64,000 nt of DNA, from the NCBI GenBank assembly GCA_964016885.1, contig OZ024740.1:268026001-268090000 (forward strand). Reading direction: 5' to 3'. The notes beneath the pieces were generated by a model. That model made no database searches. It was given only the letters and a program-made list of their open reading frames with translations, and was not told the origin of the DNA. The stretch comes from Eledone cirrhosa (taxonomy: Eukaryota). Every line of letters starts with the position of its first letter. Within the stretch, counting starts at the first letter, position 1. A program made the position numbers and the translations under genes. Shown in pieces: positions 24,675 to 40,574 of the stretch.

Positions 24675-25257
24675 GGGGAGAGAGAGAGAGAGAAGTGGGG
24701 AGGGGACGGTAAGAAAGTGAAGAAAGGTATAGCACAGATTAATAAATGCATGACTAATATTTACAGGACATTATCTCCTTTTACTTTTTTACTTTTTAAT
24801 CAGATAAACAGATACATCGAGGAAGAAAGATAGAAAGATGTAGAGAATCAATTAAATGGTCGTATCGTGTTTATCACGGGAGACTAACAGTAGAAGGAAT
24901 TCAAATTTAAGGATCCAGAAAATATGGCTCTGACTCGAAATCAAACAAGATATAAATGCATTCATGATTAAATTCTTTTGATTTTTTAATGCCTTCCCCG
25001 TTAAAAATAATATGAGGTAAAGAAGGAATCATGAATTTCCAACAACAGCGTTGTTAACTATAATCTAATGCAAAATAGTAATATGCCTTCTTCATGAATG
25101 GAACTACTAAAATAAATATTTAAAAAAATATATCACGAGAATAGGTAAAGGTGTAATTATGTAAAACATTCTGTCACGTTACCTGATGAGCCATCTGTTG
25201 GCGTAAGTTATAATGGGAATTTATAATATCCTACTATTAATGTATATATATGTATAT

Positions 25258-25342
<85 letters not shown>

Positions 25343-25371
25343 TATATATATTCACATATATATATATATAC

Positions 25372-25506
<135 letters not shown>

Positions 25507-25607
25507 TGTATATATAATGTATTTTGCAATACACTTTATGCTTAATTAAGAGCATTTTGAAGACCGTATGCTATTGTTTTAGAGTAGTGACAAACTCACT
25601 TACTTTA

Positions 25608-25701
25608 ATCTCAGCAAACAAGGAGAGATAAGCCGACAAGGCCTTGTTTCGCATTTATTGATGCTTATCAAGGCTAACTACTCCCTCCTGTCTACTGAGA
25701 T
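25608..25701 (-). ncRNA. Type I hammerhead ribozyme, U3-A8 variant
   Basis: AGCC-TTGATAA-GCATCAATAAATGC-GAAA-CAAGGCCTTGTC^GGCT, with a long stem I from ATCTCAGTAGACAGG to CCTTGTTTGCTGAGAT. Confidence 0.8.
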
Positions 25702-25926
25702 CACTGATGTTATATTCTTATAGTATTCTAGTAAATAATCAGGAACTGATTATACAGAGCGGTTGCCGGTCAGGCAGAAATTAAAAATTAGAATTGGAGC
25801 TCTGACATAGCAATATATATATGAATGTATATATAATGTATTTTGCAATACACTTTATGCTTAATTAAAAGCATTTTGAAGACCGTATGCTATTGTTTTA
25901 GTGTAGTGACAAACTCACTTACTTTA

Positions 25927-26020
25927 ATCTCAGCAAACAAGGGGAGATAAGCCGACAAGGCCTTGTTTCGCATTTATTGATGCTTATCAAGGCTAACTAC
26001 TCCCTCCTGTCTACTGAGAT
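25927..26020 (-). ncRNA. Type I hammerhead ribozyme, U3-A8 variant (second copy)
   Basis: Core identical to 25608-25701. Confidence 0.8.
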
Positions 26021-26201
26021 CACTGATGTTATATTCTTATAGAATTCTAGTAAATAATCAGGAACTGATTATACAGAGCGGTTGCCGGTCAGGCAGAAAT
26101 TAAAAATTAGAATTGGAGCTCTGAAATAGCAATATATAGTATATATATATATATATATATTCATATATATATATACGTATATATATATATCTATATACAT
26201 A

Positions 26202-26309
<108 letters not shown>

Positions 26310-26324
26310 CATACGTATATATAT

Positions 26325-26369
<45 letters not shown>

Positions 26370-26755
26370 AAAAAATAGAGGTGTAACACACGAGTTGTGA
26401 TATATTAGTAAAAGGAAAAGAAAATGCTGACAAATTTTTCCCAGTGAAAAATAGTTTAATTAGAAATAAGTATAAATTAGTAATAAGTATTGGTTAGTAT
26501 TCAGTTTTAGTTTTAAATTTTTACCGGTTGCGCATTTCTAATGCTTTTCAAAAATATTTTTGAGATAGAGGGCTCGTGATGTTTGCTCTAATCTGGAGAT
26601 TAGAGCAAACATCACGTGTACTAGTTTCAAGCACAGCGTTCCTTTGTCAGTGTTGAACAAACGAGCAACGATGGTTGCTGGACACTACGGCTTAATACGG
26701 GATATTTGTTTACAAACACACCGAGCATTATAATAAATGTTCGGTGAATCCATAC

Positions 26756-26794
<39 letters not shown>

Positions 26795-26860
26795 CATGTA
26801 TGTATATATATATGCATACTACTGTACGTCTGTATACATATATGTATGTACGTGTACATA

Positions 26861-26907
<47 letters not shown>

Positions 26908-26909
<2 letters not shown>

Positions 26910-27340
26910 CGAAGGACGTGTGGTAAGGAACCAGATGGACCATAACGCACCAGAATACTCAATACTTAGGGTAGTAGAGTGGATAATAGGAAAATGTTTA
27001 ACCCCGACGGCAGAGCTCAAACCGTTTCGACGGCTATTTCTGGACTAAATTAGAATTTTTAGCGTGGTAAGAAATAGCCGAACATTTCAAGGGGAATTCC
27101 TTATAAGGGAAGATTGTAGTTGTCAAGTTCAGCTACCCCACCTCTCATCCGCCGCCATGAAATATTTAATTGTGTTTACAAGAAATTTTAACTAATCCTT
27201 TTGGAAACTACAATCTTCTCTTATAAGTAATTACCCATTGAAAAGTTCGGCTATTTATTACCACGATAAAAATTCTAATTTAGTCCAGAAATACCCGTCG
27301 AAATGGCTTGAGCTCTGCCGTCGGGTTAAACATTTTCCTA
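26908..27340. mobile_element. Inverted pair of PLE terminal modules, family B, each with an HHR
   Basis: 26990-27095 is the reverse complement of about 27234-27340. Plus-strand HHR reads TTGAAAA...GTC-GAAA-TGGCTTGAGCTCTGCCGTC^GGG at 27234-27326. Confidence 0.75.
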
Positions 27341-27550
27341 TACATATATATTGTTATACTTGGGGAGGGTCATATTTGTGTAATAATATTGCCAGAATTA
27401 ATAACAGAACACACTCACTGTTTGGTTGGTTTTCGCTTCTGTGTCTTTTATATCGGTTACTTTAATTTAATCGGTTCTCAATGTTACCATTGACCGACCA
27501 ACCGTCAAAAATACAGATATTATATAGACACAAACACATATATATAGTCT

Positions 27551-27604
<54 letters not shown>

Positions 27605-27607
<3 letters not shown>

Positions 27608-28013
27608 GAGGAGGTTATAGTTCACTCGAAGCATTGTGTAATGAGGTATAAACGTTTGAATATGTGTAATAAGGCCAAAACAATGCAGTTCTGGACATAG
27701 AAAAAGGAATGCAATAGTGAAAGATATTGATGAGAATTCGTCTTTCACCTTGAATTTATTTAAATGTCCTTAATTTTCGAGATAATATCTAAAGATGCTG
27801 GTTTGAGACCTTTACTTCCCTCCAAAGAAGAGATATTATCTCGAAAATTAAGGACATTTAAATAAATTCAAGGTGAAAGACGAATTCTCATCAATATCTT
27901 TCACTATTGCATTCCTTTTTCTATGTCCAGAACTGCATTGTTTTGGCCTTATTACACATATTCAAACCGTTTATACCTCATTACACAATGCTTCAAGTGA
28001 ACTATAACCTCCT

Positions 28014-28017
<4 letters not shown>
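27605..28017. repeat. Foldback with arms of about 185 bp and a spacer of about 40 bp, in (TA)n
   Basis: TGGAGGAGGTTATAG...GAGATAATATCT and AGATATTATCTC...CTATAACCTCCTCCA. Confidence 0.9.
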
Positions 28018-28064
<47 letters not shown>

Positions 28065-28067
28065 TAT

Positions 28068-28245
28068 TTTTATTTTATAGAAGGAGCTTCTACAGGACTA
28101 GTACTGTTTCATTCAGATGAAATCTTCTGAATGAAACAGTACTTGTCCTGTAGAAGCTCCTTCTATAAAATAAAAAAAATTTACTCTGCCATGTATTGAT
28201 TGAGTACCTTACTTACTGTGGTTATCCCCTACTCAACCCGGGACC
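28068..28245. mobile_element. PLE-like module with foldback centred on an HHR-like core
   Basis: Arms TTTTATAGAAGGAGCTTCTACAGGAC...TTCAGA and TCTGAA...CTATAAAA. Related direct copy at 17121-17255. Confidence 0.65.
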
Positions 28246-28248
28246 TAC

Positions 28249-28289
<41 letters not shown>

Positions 28290-29203
28290 TATATATATGT
28301 ATGTATGTGTGTGTGTGTATATTTATATGTGCATGTGTGGGTGCGTGTATGTCTAAATATATGACGTTAAATATATATATGTGTGTGTGTGTGCATGTGT
28401 GGGTGCGTGTATGTATAAATATCTATGAAGTTAAGTATATATTTCCAAATATTAAATTTTGAGTATTGAATGTTCGTCTTTGTATCATAAATCAGTTATA
28501 ATTTGCTTGTATATATGTATATATACAAAAACCTCATTGTGTCTATATGTGTATATGCGGCTAGTTTGTAGAGTGCTTTGCTTGGCGCAAATTCCTAAGT
28601 TTGAATTCAATCGCCAAACTATGTGTTTTTGTCTACGATAGATTCCTTGCTCTTTCTTATTAGATGTAGCATGTAAGAATGCCAAGACTACTGGATTCCT
28701 TGTCCAGTGGTAACCGCTAACACACACTGTATAGTCCTATCTTATGACTTGGGCCACCTGCTGATGAGTGTAACAGTCCGATTACGTAAATATATGCTTA
28801 TATTACGTGATTTTCTGAACATTGAAGATCTAATATCTGCATTCGTGAAGTCATGTTGCACAGAAACGATATCGTCCAAGAGTTGAACATTTTAGATTTC
28901 TCACTACTAAAACACTGCCACCGTATCTGCTGTTAACTAAATGAGTACATTCTCAACAGCTGATTGCAACTGCAGTACTGTAATTTGGCAGATTCATTGA
29001 GTGAGCTAGACGTTGACCATAGATAGTTGAATTAAAACCAGCGATCTTCGTTAATATATATATATATATATATATATAACGTTTTGTTCCCCCTATTTGT
29101 ATTTACAGAACGTTCCTTCACACTGATTCTTTAAACTTCCGATGAGATCATACCTATATAAATACATACTAGGTGCATAATATAAGTGTTCTTCCACATG
29201 CTT

Positions 29204-29204
<1 letters not shown>

Positions 29205-29235
<31 letters not shown>

Positions 29236-29818
29236 GTTCTTTGAGTCTCAGTCATTGATGTTATTTAACTGGAAAGTTTGTTGAAATCAAGCCACTACCT
29301 GCAGCCTCAGATATTCAGGACGTATCGGAGGGTTCTTGCTGTTCCCAGCAAGCATGCTTTTTGAAGTGTTCCAAAAAGCGGCGCGGGACCAATTTTCTTT
29401 AACCATCCTTGGAAACTCTTTGAGATAGTACCTAGTGCGCCTATGACGATCGGGACGACCTTGACTTCATAGCAGTTCCAAATCCTTTTTACCTCTCACT
29501 TTAAGTCCTGGTATCGGTTAATTTTCTCCCTCTCCTTTTCTTGCACTCTCGTGTCAAATGGGCAGGCTACATCCACAACCAGGCACGATCATTTTTCCTT
29601 GTCCAAAACCACCAGGTCAGGTCTATTGTGTTCCAGTTTCTGTATCCTAAAATCCCATAGCACCTTCACCTGATCGTTTTCTATCACCGACTCTGGCTTA
29701 TGCTCATACCACTTCTCAGAATGTGGTAAATTGTTTACTTTGTATAGGTGCCAGTGGATCACCCTGCCCATCACATCATGTCTCCAGCCTTTATATTGAG
29801 TCTGGGCTAGGTGTTTAC
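29205..29818 (-). mobile_element. 3' fragment of a second R4/Dong-type RLE LINE with a (TAA)n tail
   Basis: RHD..GR.IHW, WYEHKP, LWDF.I, HNRPDLVVLDK, DVACPFD and VVPIVIGALG motifs. (TAA)n at the 3' end. Confidence 0.88.
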
Positions 29819-29829
29819 TATTATTATTA

Positions 29830-30097
29830 TCTTGCCATTCTAAGTTCAAATCCCGCCGAGGTTAACTTTGCCTTTCATCCTTACTGGGTCGATAAAATAA
29901 AGTACCAGTAATACACTGGGGTAATAGCTGGCCTTGTGCCAAAAGTAGAAACAATTATTATCTTGCCATTCTGAGTTCAAATCCCGCCGAGGTTAACTTT
30001 GCCTTTCATCCTTACGTGGTCGATAAAATAAAGTACCAGTAATCTACTGGATAATTGCTGGCCTTGTGCCTAAAGTAGAAACAATTATTATTATTAT
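29830..30097 (+). mobile_element. Two tandem 5'-truncated SINEs
   Basis: Both begin TCTTGCCATTCT..GTTCAAATCCC and end in (ATT)n. Confidence 0.88.
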
Positions 30098-30835
30098 TGG
30101 TCTAAGCGGACGTATTTTGCTCGCTCCCAGTAAGTCGCTTTATTTGCCTGTTAAAATCATTTGTTGTTAAATATTTCTTGTTGTGTAAAAGATATAAGCC
30201 CTTAGACTTTGTCCTGTGAAGGGGAAAGTATAATATTTGTGCCTTTTGGCCCAAATATTTGAATTTTTTTTACATGTTAAAACATTTACGGAGAAAAAAA
30301 AACATGGCTGAGCCACGTTCCCCAGCGATATGTCTGCTGTCGTGCGACAACGACGTAGATGTTGAGAGGAGCGCGACAGCGAAATTAACACAAATTGATA
30401 ACACACACACCACCACAAACAAGGTAAACAAAGACACCAATGATATCAATGAGAACTCTAATTTTGAAAAGAATTACAGTAACGGCGACAACGAAAATAC
30501 AGATAACAAAAAAAAATAACAAATACAACAACAATATCAACACCACTAACATGAAAACAAATAGCGACAACACCAACAGCAACAATACCAACTGCACCGA
30601 GAACAACGGTGGCAACAAAGACAACAATGATAACAGCGACAGTGCTAACAACAACGACCACAACACCCCCAACGAAATCAAGAAGAACACTTTCGCTGCG
30701 GCAGCAGCAAAAAAGAGGCCATGCTTCAACATGGACCTCTCAAACAAAGATGAAAAGTTGGCCCAGGCATAGAAGCTCATCAAGCAAGGGCAAACCTGGG
30801 CCAACTTAACTGTCCCGGTAGAAGCTATTGAGGCA

Positions 30836-31681
30836 GTGGAGCGCAGAACGGTGCATTATAGATGCATCTCAGCACAAACCAAAAGGGCAGCTTTAATCCC
30901 ACAAGAAGATGTCGAAGTCGCGCTGAGGTGCATCAGAGAAGACAACGAATACATAGAGAGGGGCAGACAGTACGGCACCATTTCGGTGTTGTTCAAGTCA
31001 GAAGCCCTCGCTAGGAAACACACTATGACTCCTTACAAAACCAGCAAGATCATAATGTACCCTTCCCACATGGGAAAAAGAACGGCCCGTCTCCGCATTC
31101 CCAGAATCCCACCAGGACTTGACACGTGGTGGCTTCTGGGATGTGTGATTGTGGAGGGGACGGATACCGTCCCTATAGAAGTGACCAGAACGTCCAGAGA
31201 GGACTGGTCCGGGGTTGACCTGGAGATCCTTCTCCAGATCAGGCCCGAAAATGTGAAGACAATCCCGGACCACATCCGCCTTCAGAATGGGACGGTCATT
31301 CACATTATGACCGAAGGCAAAAGGCCGCATTATTTTGATTGTGGGGAAAAAATCCATTTGCGAGCCTTCTGCCCTCAACTGCTGAAAGAGGCAAGGGGTC
31401 GAAAGGCTCCACTGCTGCCGACGCCGGGGCGAGGACCACAACCAACACCAGCACCGGCAAAACCACCAACAACAACACCAATAGAAAGACCACCACCAAC
31501 ATTGACCACCCAAGGGGGAAACGAGGAAAGCTGTCAAATTCCCCCTCCCCCCCAAAATACACACACCAATAAAACCATAAACATACATACAGACAAACTT
31601 ACAGACACAGACCCCTCATCTACCAGTATTGAAGATGAGGGAAAACCCAAATCCCCCAAAATACAAAAAAGGAAACACTAA
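30836..31681 (+). pseudogene. Tx1 ORF1 (gag-like) fragment
   Basis: Zinc-knuckle remnant followed by a Pro/Thr-rich region, upstream of the APE-RT ORF. Confidence 0.75.
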
Positions 31682-32296
31682 AAGAAAAAAAAACTCAACA
31701 AAGCACAAAATCACCCACAATAAAAAACGCAGACACCACCCACGCAAATATCTCTCCAATAATACCAACATCAACACCACCATCACCATCACCAGAATCC
31801 CCCAAACGCAAACAACCTAAACAGACGCAAGAAAAAAATATACACACAAACATCTGAAACCACAGACACCGCCCTCACAACAATAGACACAACCGAAACA
31901 ACACCACCAAAACCATCACCACCACAGCCACGCAAACAAATAAAATCACACCAACAAAACATTCAAAACTTCGTGCTCGTCAGGAGGGCCAACAAGGAAC
32001 TGATGGCCCTCGTAGCACGAAGTGAAAATATACAAAAAGAGGGGGAAATTTTTAAATCGAGCACATTTCGCGTACCGGAAGATTTGGTTCTGGTGCGAAT
32101 GTAGCTCGATTTATTCAAAGAAATACGAGACAGCTTTCCTCGGGGCGTGGGAACCCCGAACGTAAAACCCACTTCAAGACTTTTAAAGGGGTTCCCCAAA
32201 GAAACCCCACCAACTATGGAGGTCGAACAACCCGACCTTCACAAGAGCCCGGAAGGTAAGTAAACCTTCCTCTCTCTCTCTTTTTAACCTGCCAAC

Positions 32297-35280
32297 ATGG
32301 CCGTATTAAGAGTAGGATGTTTAAATGTTCGAGGCCTGGGATCGTCCTGGAAGCAGGGTCACCTGCTCAACGACCTCAGGTCTATAGAAATGGATGTAAT
32401 TGCCGTCAGCGAGACCAGGATTTCCGACACGCGCGCACTAGCCCCCATTTTCGACGACTATCAGATCTTTGCATCTGTTAGCCGGCCGGGAATGGGAGGC
32501 GGGGTGGCAGTGCTGTTTAGGAAAGGCCTGGATCTCGAGGTAAGGTCGATCTTCTGGGACCCGGACGGGAAGTTGGTGGTCCTGGACGTGAACAATAACG
32601 AAGGTGGTGCCTTTAGACTGGTGGCCGTCTATGCTCCTACTGAGGCAGGGCGGCCGGACTTCTTTAGACGCCTGGAAGCCTTTTTGGGTAGGCTCGCTCT
32701 TTACTGTTAGCGGGGGACTAGAACGGCATCTTAGACGCACGCTGGGACTGTGTGGGAGTATCCGATAGGAGCGGGGGGTGTAAAAGCCTCAAGAACCTGA
32801 TCAGCCAGTTCCAACTGTCTGACAGGTACCGACTAGATTTCCCTAATGCGCCAGTGTGGACCTGGGCTAACCGCATAGGGTCATCTAGATCGTATATAGA
32901 CAGGATATTCATTAGGAAAATAGACAGAAATAGTGTAAGCTGTCCACATTTTGAAACGGTCGCCTATTCAGATCACAAGTTTGTGATCTGTATGGTCGAC
33001 CTAGATAAGACGCGTAGGTTAGGACATGGTAACTGGAAGCTAAACATGTCATTTCCGGCACGTAGGGCTTACAGGGACCAGGTCAACAATTAAGTTAAGA
33101 AAAAGTTGACAGTGGGAGTCGTCAACAATAGATGGTGGGGGGCTCTCAAAAGAGAGATTAGAGTAATGACGATAGAGTTTAGCAAAGAAGTAGCGTTAGA
33201 GAAAAATAGAAAGTAGGGGGAGTTGGTAGATAAGTTAGACGAGGCTATTCGTAGTGGCATTGCAACTGACGTGCTAGCGGCGAGAATGGCATTAGACCAT
33301 TTCTTCAATGCGAAACACGAAGGATGCATTGTCAGAGCTAAGGCGCGTGCTCTGAGAAACGAGGGAACCAAAGCTGTTCGATGGGCCCGCGTGGCAGAGG
33401 CGAAGCGGGGTAATAAAACCACGATTCGGTCTTTGACGGACCGAGGTGAGCGATTTCAAGAGGATGTGTGAGGTCTTTCGCCAACATTTTGCTCGGTTGT
33501 TCGGGGGAAGTGGCGGGTCAGAGATGGTGGCGGACTTCAGTCCCTACCTCCATGGCTTGCCGCAACTCTCGACGGCTGACGCTGGGCGCTGCGAAAGGCC
33601 AATTACTTCAGCCGAGATTCAGGATGCCCTTGTCGGCTGCATGAGGCGCAAGTCACCCGGTTTGGATGGTCTGCCCTACGAGCTTTACGTAAATATGCCA
33701 GACTTGTTCTCCAATCTCCTCGAAGCTCTCTACTGCAACTGGCAGCAAAACGGGAGTATTCCCAGTTCTGTTAGCCGGGGCGTAGTGACGCTGATAAGGA
33801 AAGACGAGAACAAGAGGGACACATTAGAAAATTTCAGGCCCATAACTCTGCTCAACACAGAGTTTAATATTTTGGCCAGGGTGTTAGCGAAGAGGTTGGC
33901 GCTTGTCGTCGGGGATTTGGCTGGGGAGGAGCAAACTTGCGCAATCCTGGCTTCGGTGGGGCTCTGATCAATTTAGATCAATCGAAAACATTCGATAGGG
34001 TCGACCATCGGTACCTGGAGGCTGTCCTCAAGGCGGCTGGCTTCGGCCCCGTCTTCAGAAGCTGGATCGCTGCAATGCACAGCGGCACCTGCTCGATGGT
34101 CAAAATTAATGGCCACCTCTCTGTACGTATTGACTCTCGAGCCTTTACTGCGGAAGCTGGAGCTGTTGCAGGGCATCCCGATCGAACCGGGACGCGGAAA
34201 GGCTGTGTCGGCTTATGCGGACGACATCACCGTGATGGTGTCGGACACCTCAGAAATCGAGGTCGTCGGCAACTTATTGGAGGAATATGAAAGGTTGACG
34301 GGAGCAAAACTTAACCCGGAAAAGTCGGTGGGCTTGCAACTCGGCACTTGGAGAGGCAAGTCCATGCCGTCCAACAACGTCGTTAGACGCTGGACGGACG
34401 GACCGGTAAAGTTGCTAGGGGTTTGGTTCGGGCCAGACCTCCAGGTGGATAAGAATTGGGACGAGGTGACGGGCAGGGTAGCCAGTCTCACCCATAAATG
34501 GGCTGGGATGAAGCTATCACTGAAAGGTCGGGCGGAGGTGGCGAACGCGTACATCGCGTCCGTCATCTACTACCGTCTGACCGTCGTCCCTTGCCCCGTT
34601 CGCGCCTCGCCATATTGGAGCGGCTCCTCTTCAAATTCTTGTGGAGGGGTCAGGTTCCGCTGGTGAGGCGGTCCATCTGCTGCCAGCACCCTCTACGTGG
34701 AAGGCTGGGCATGCCGTGGCTAATGATGCACAGGCAGCGCTGAGGCTGCGGCATCTCCAGATATTCTGCCTAAACGGTGAACAGGTGTGGTCGCCGTTTG
34801 TCAGACGGGCCTTTCCGCAGCTCGTTTCTTTGACTGAGCTGCAGTCCTGGGTCAAGAAGAGACCGAGACTGGGTGACTGGCATCTGGAATGTTGCCAGGC
34901 ACTCACTGCCCTCTACCAGGCAATGCGGTCAGTGGAACTTCCACTCTCGAGTTCTATAGAGGATTAGTGTTGTCGCGTGTAGAATGGCCGAGTCCATAGT
35001 GAAGATCGACCCGCCGCCTTCTTTTGGCCAGGAAGGGCAGGCAATTTTCCTCTGTCTGGTGGCAGTAGCGAAAGAGGTTGTATGGTGGACGAGGTTGAAA
35101 GGACTGAAGACAGACACTTTTCTCTTCGGCCAATCCCTCATCAACTTTTTCAAGTTTTACTTGGAAAGAAAGGTGAGGGTGGAGAGAGAAGTGTTGCCCC
35201 CCAGTACATTTGCTGATAGGTGGGTGAATGTGGCGAGAATGGCCCGTGTGAGTGGGCCTACTCTGGTCATGCGGCTGTAG
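32297..35280 (+). pseudogene. Tx1 ORF2 (AP endonuclease-reverse transcriptase), frameshifted with internal deletions
   Basis: Collinear motifs spread over ORFs starting at 32297, 32752, 33446, 33937, 34109, 34641 and 34984. Confidence 0.9.
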
Positions 35281-35594
35281 GTAGGTAAATTTGAAGAGGA
35301 GAGGGGTGCCCTTCCAAGGTGCTCTCGAAGCGTCGGGTCGTTCAGGATTGGATGGGGTACCTGAGCGAACCCTAGGTGGTCATCACCTCTATTGGGGAAT
35401 TTTTTCTTGTTGTAATTTTCTTGTTACTTTATTGTTACTTTGTTATTGTTACTTTGTTATTGTTACTTTGTTATTGTTATTCATATTGTTTACTCGATTT
35501 TTCTGTAAAACCCCACTGTCCCAGTCTTTTGTATTGTCCCCTATATGTCGGCCCTTGTGGCCAATAAATGAAATCATTATTATTATTATTATTT

Positions 35595-35808
35595 TGGTGG
35601 ATTGGCAGTATCGGTAGAGGGTCGGATGGCATGCTTTGACGTATAGAGTTACGGCCCTTGCCATTCTGAGTTCAAATCCCGCCGAGGTTAACTTTGCCTT
35701 TCATCCTTACGGGGTCGATAAAATAAAGTACCAGTAATACACTGGTTATGTGCTGGCCTTGTGCCAAAAGTAGAAACAATTATTATTGTTATTATTATTA
35801 TTATTATT
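35595..35808 (+). mobile_element. Full-length tRNA-derived SINE with (ATT)n tail
   Basis: GGTGGATTGGCAGTATCGGTAGAG head through to the tail. Confidence 0.92.
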
Positions 35809-36064
35809 GATTATATTTTGCTTATACCAGTTATGTATATAATCAAATTTGTGTCGAAACAATTTTAAAGATTTTATCGGGCATATCAATTTGTTTTATA
35901 TGCTGTGTTAATAGCATCAACTTTTGTCTATTCTTAAGTTTCTCTTCTTTATATTTCTATCTGTAGCTGCATAAACAAATCGAGCTTTAATTTCCTCACT
36001 CGCAATTTCTCTTCAAGTAACTCTACCTGTATGTCGTTCTGATATAATATTAAACATATATATG

Positions 36065-36159
<95 letters not shown>

Positions 36160-36619
36160 ATTAATCTATATGCATATGTTATGTGTGTTTATGCCTGTTT
36201 GATACAACATTATAGATACTTCCTACAATATATAGATATATATATATATATATATATATATTGTAGGAACTATGTATATATGTATATATATATATATATA
36301 TATATAAAATAAGATAAATAAATACATACACAAGCACATAAACACACACTAGTCACCCAGCAGACAACACTATACACACTAGTCACACATCACACATAAC
36401 ACTATACACACACGCAAACGCATGCGCAAAGAAGACAAAATAAAATAAGATAAACAAACAAGCAAATAAATAAATAAATATATAGACAGACTGAACAAAA
36501 AAAATGGCGTAGACATACAACACAACAGGAGGAACAATGAATATAACACCACTGACGATGTTGCAGATGTGCAACGAAAGATTTATGTAAACTATATATA
36601 TATGTGTTTGTCTATATTG

Positions 36620-36788
36620 TATCTGTATTATTTTTGACCGCCGGTCAGTCAATGGCAACATTGAGGACCGAGTAAGTTAGATCGCAGATATATATATATA
36701 AAAGACAGCGAGAAGCGAAAACCAACCAAACAGTGAGTGTGTTCTGTTATTAATTCTGGCAATATTACGCAAATATGACCCTCCCCAA

Positions 36789-36795
<7 letters not shown>
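36620..36795 (+). mobile_element. Repeated microsatellite-embedded module, family C
   Basis: Reverse-complement copies at 27350-27520 and 20462-20740 (SINE-interrupted). Confidence 0.65.
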
Positions 36796-39230
<2,435 letters not shown>

Positions 39231-39232
39231 AT

Positions 39233-39410
39233 ATTGTGAAGCTTTAGAACGAAGCGTATTCTATGTTAGATGCATTTCGTGGGGAACAGAAATTATGGAA
39301 TAGATATGTTCTTATAGCTCAGTTAATTGGAAGGGGCCTAGGTTATAGATTTTCACTGACAAAAATAACAACAAAAAGATTATAAACTCATGCACGCCTA
39401 CATAAGTAAA

Positions 39411-39490
<80 letters not shown>

Positions 39491-39910
39491 CATATATACC
39501 TGTATGTCTGTGTGTGTGTCTTTACTTATGTACGCGGGCATGAGTTTATAATCGTTTTGTTGTTATTTTTGTCATATACATATATATATACATATATACC
39601 TGTATGTGTATGTCTGTGTGTCTTTACTTATGTACGCGCGCATGAGTTTATAATCGTTTTGTTGTTATTTTTGTCATATACATATATATATACATATATA
39701 CCTGTATGTGTATGTCTGTGTGTCTTTACTTATGTACGCGTGCATGAGTTTATAATCGTTTTGTTGTTATTTTTGTCAGTGAAAATCTATAACCTAGGCC
39801 CCTTCCAATTAACTGAGCTATAAGAACGTATCTTACTTAATATTCCATAATTTCTGTTCCCCACGAAATGCATTTAACATGGAATACGCTTCGTTCTAAA
39901 GCTTCACAAT
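39233..39910. repeat. Inverted repeat (arms of about 185 bp) enclosing (CA)n and a 100-bp tandem triplication
   Basis: 39233-39420 is the reverse complement of about 39715-39910. A partial arm is repeated at 39500-39775. Confidence 0.85.
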
Positions 39911-39957
39911 GTTTAGACACATTCATTTATACTCAATTGTGCAGGTAGAGAATATAT

Positions 39958-40148
39958 TAATTGTCTCTACTTTTGGCACAAGTCCAGCAATTACTCCAGT
40001 GTATTACTGGTACTTTATTTTATCGACCCCGTAAGGATGAAAGGCAAAGTTAACCTCGGCGGGATTTGAACTCAGAATGGAAAGGGCCGTAACTCTTTGC
40101 TGCAAAGCATGGCGTCCGGCCCTCTACCGATACTGCCAATCCACCACG
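39958..40148 (-). mobile_element. SINE with a target-site duplication of about 20 bp
   Basis: GCAGGTAGAGA(A/C)TATATTAAT on both sides (39941 and 40148). Confidence 0.9.
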
Positions 40149-40574
40149 CAGGTAGAGACTATATTAATGTGTGCAAATTATATTTGGAACATGTTCTTTA
40201 AAATATGTATAGCATGACATGATACGATCCCGTAACTCCTAGGGGTGTCGTACGGGAGCTGTACTGTATTGATATACGGCGTTTCTAGGGCATTTTGTAA
40301 AAAAAAGCTGGTGGAGTTCATCTCCTTTCCAGATCTGAATATAGCTGATTTCTTCAACAGAAGGACGACAGAGTGAGAGAGAGGGAGAGATAGAGAGAGA
40401 GAGAGAGGAATAATCGACTCCAGTACTTGACTGGTTCTATTGTATTAACCTTGAATGGATGCAAGGCAAAGTTGACCTCGAGGTGAACCGAGACGAAAAC
40501 CGCAAAGTCCGACGATCTAACTACTCTGCCATTTCGCCGGCATCCCTTAAACATATAGTAAAAATTAAATATAT

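Larger units (their letters stand above)
30098..35592 (+). mobile_element. Near full-length Tx1-clade (L1 group) LINE, degraded
   Basis: ORF1 with a degenerate CCHC knuckle (HYFDCGEKIHLRAFCP). ORF2 has APE motifs (LNVRGL, SETR, VYAP, YIDRIF, SDHK) and RT motifs (KSPGLDGLPYE, FRPITLLN, LDQSKTFDRVDH, YADDIT). AATAAA and (ATT)n at the 3' end. Confidence 0.92.

Noticed and set aside
25177-25215. CTGATGA-GCCA..TGGC-GTAA hammerhead-like motif
   Set aside because: GAAA is mutated and stems I and III are unclear, so it is at most a decayed copy. The same applies to 28761-28790 and to 332-338 on the minus strand.
26610-26660. Minus-strand CTGACAA...GAAACTAGTA motif
   Set aside because: C3-A8 is mismatched and stem I does not pair, so it was not called as a ribozyme.
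39818-39885. CTGAGCT...GAAATGCAT motif in the inverted repeat
   Set aside because: The core is non-canonical and there is no convincing stem II.
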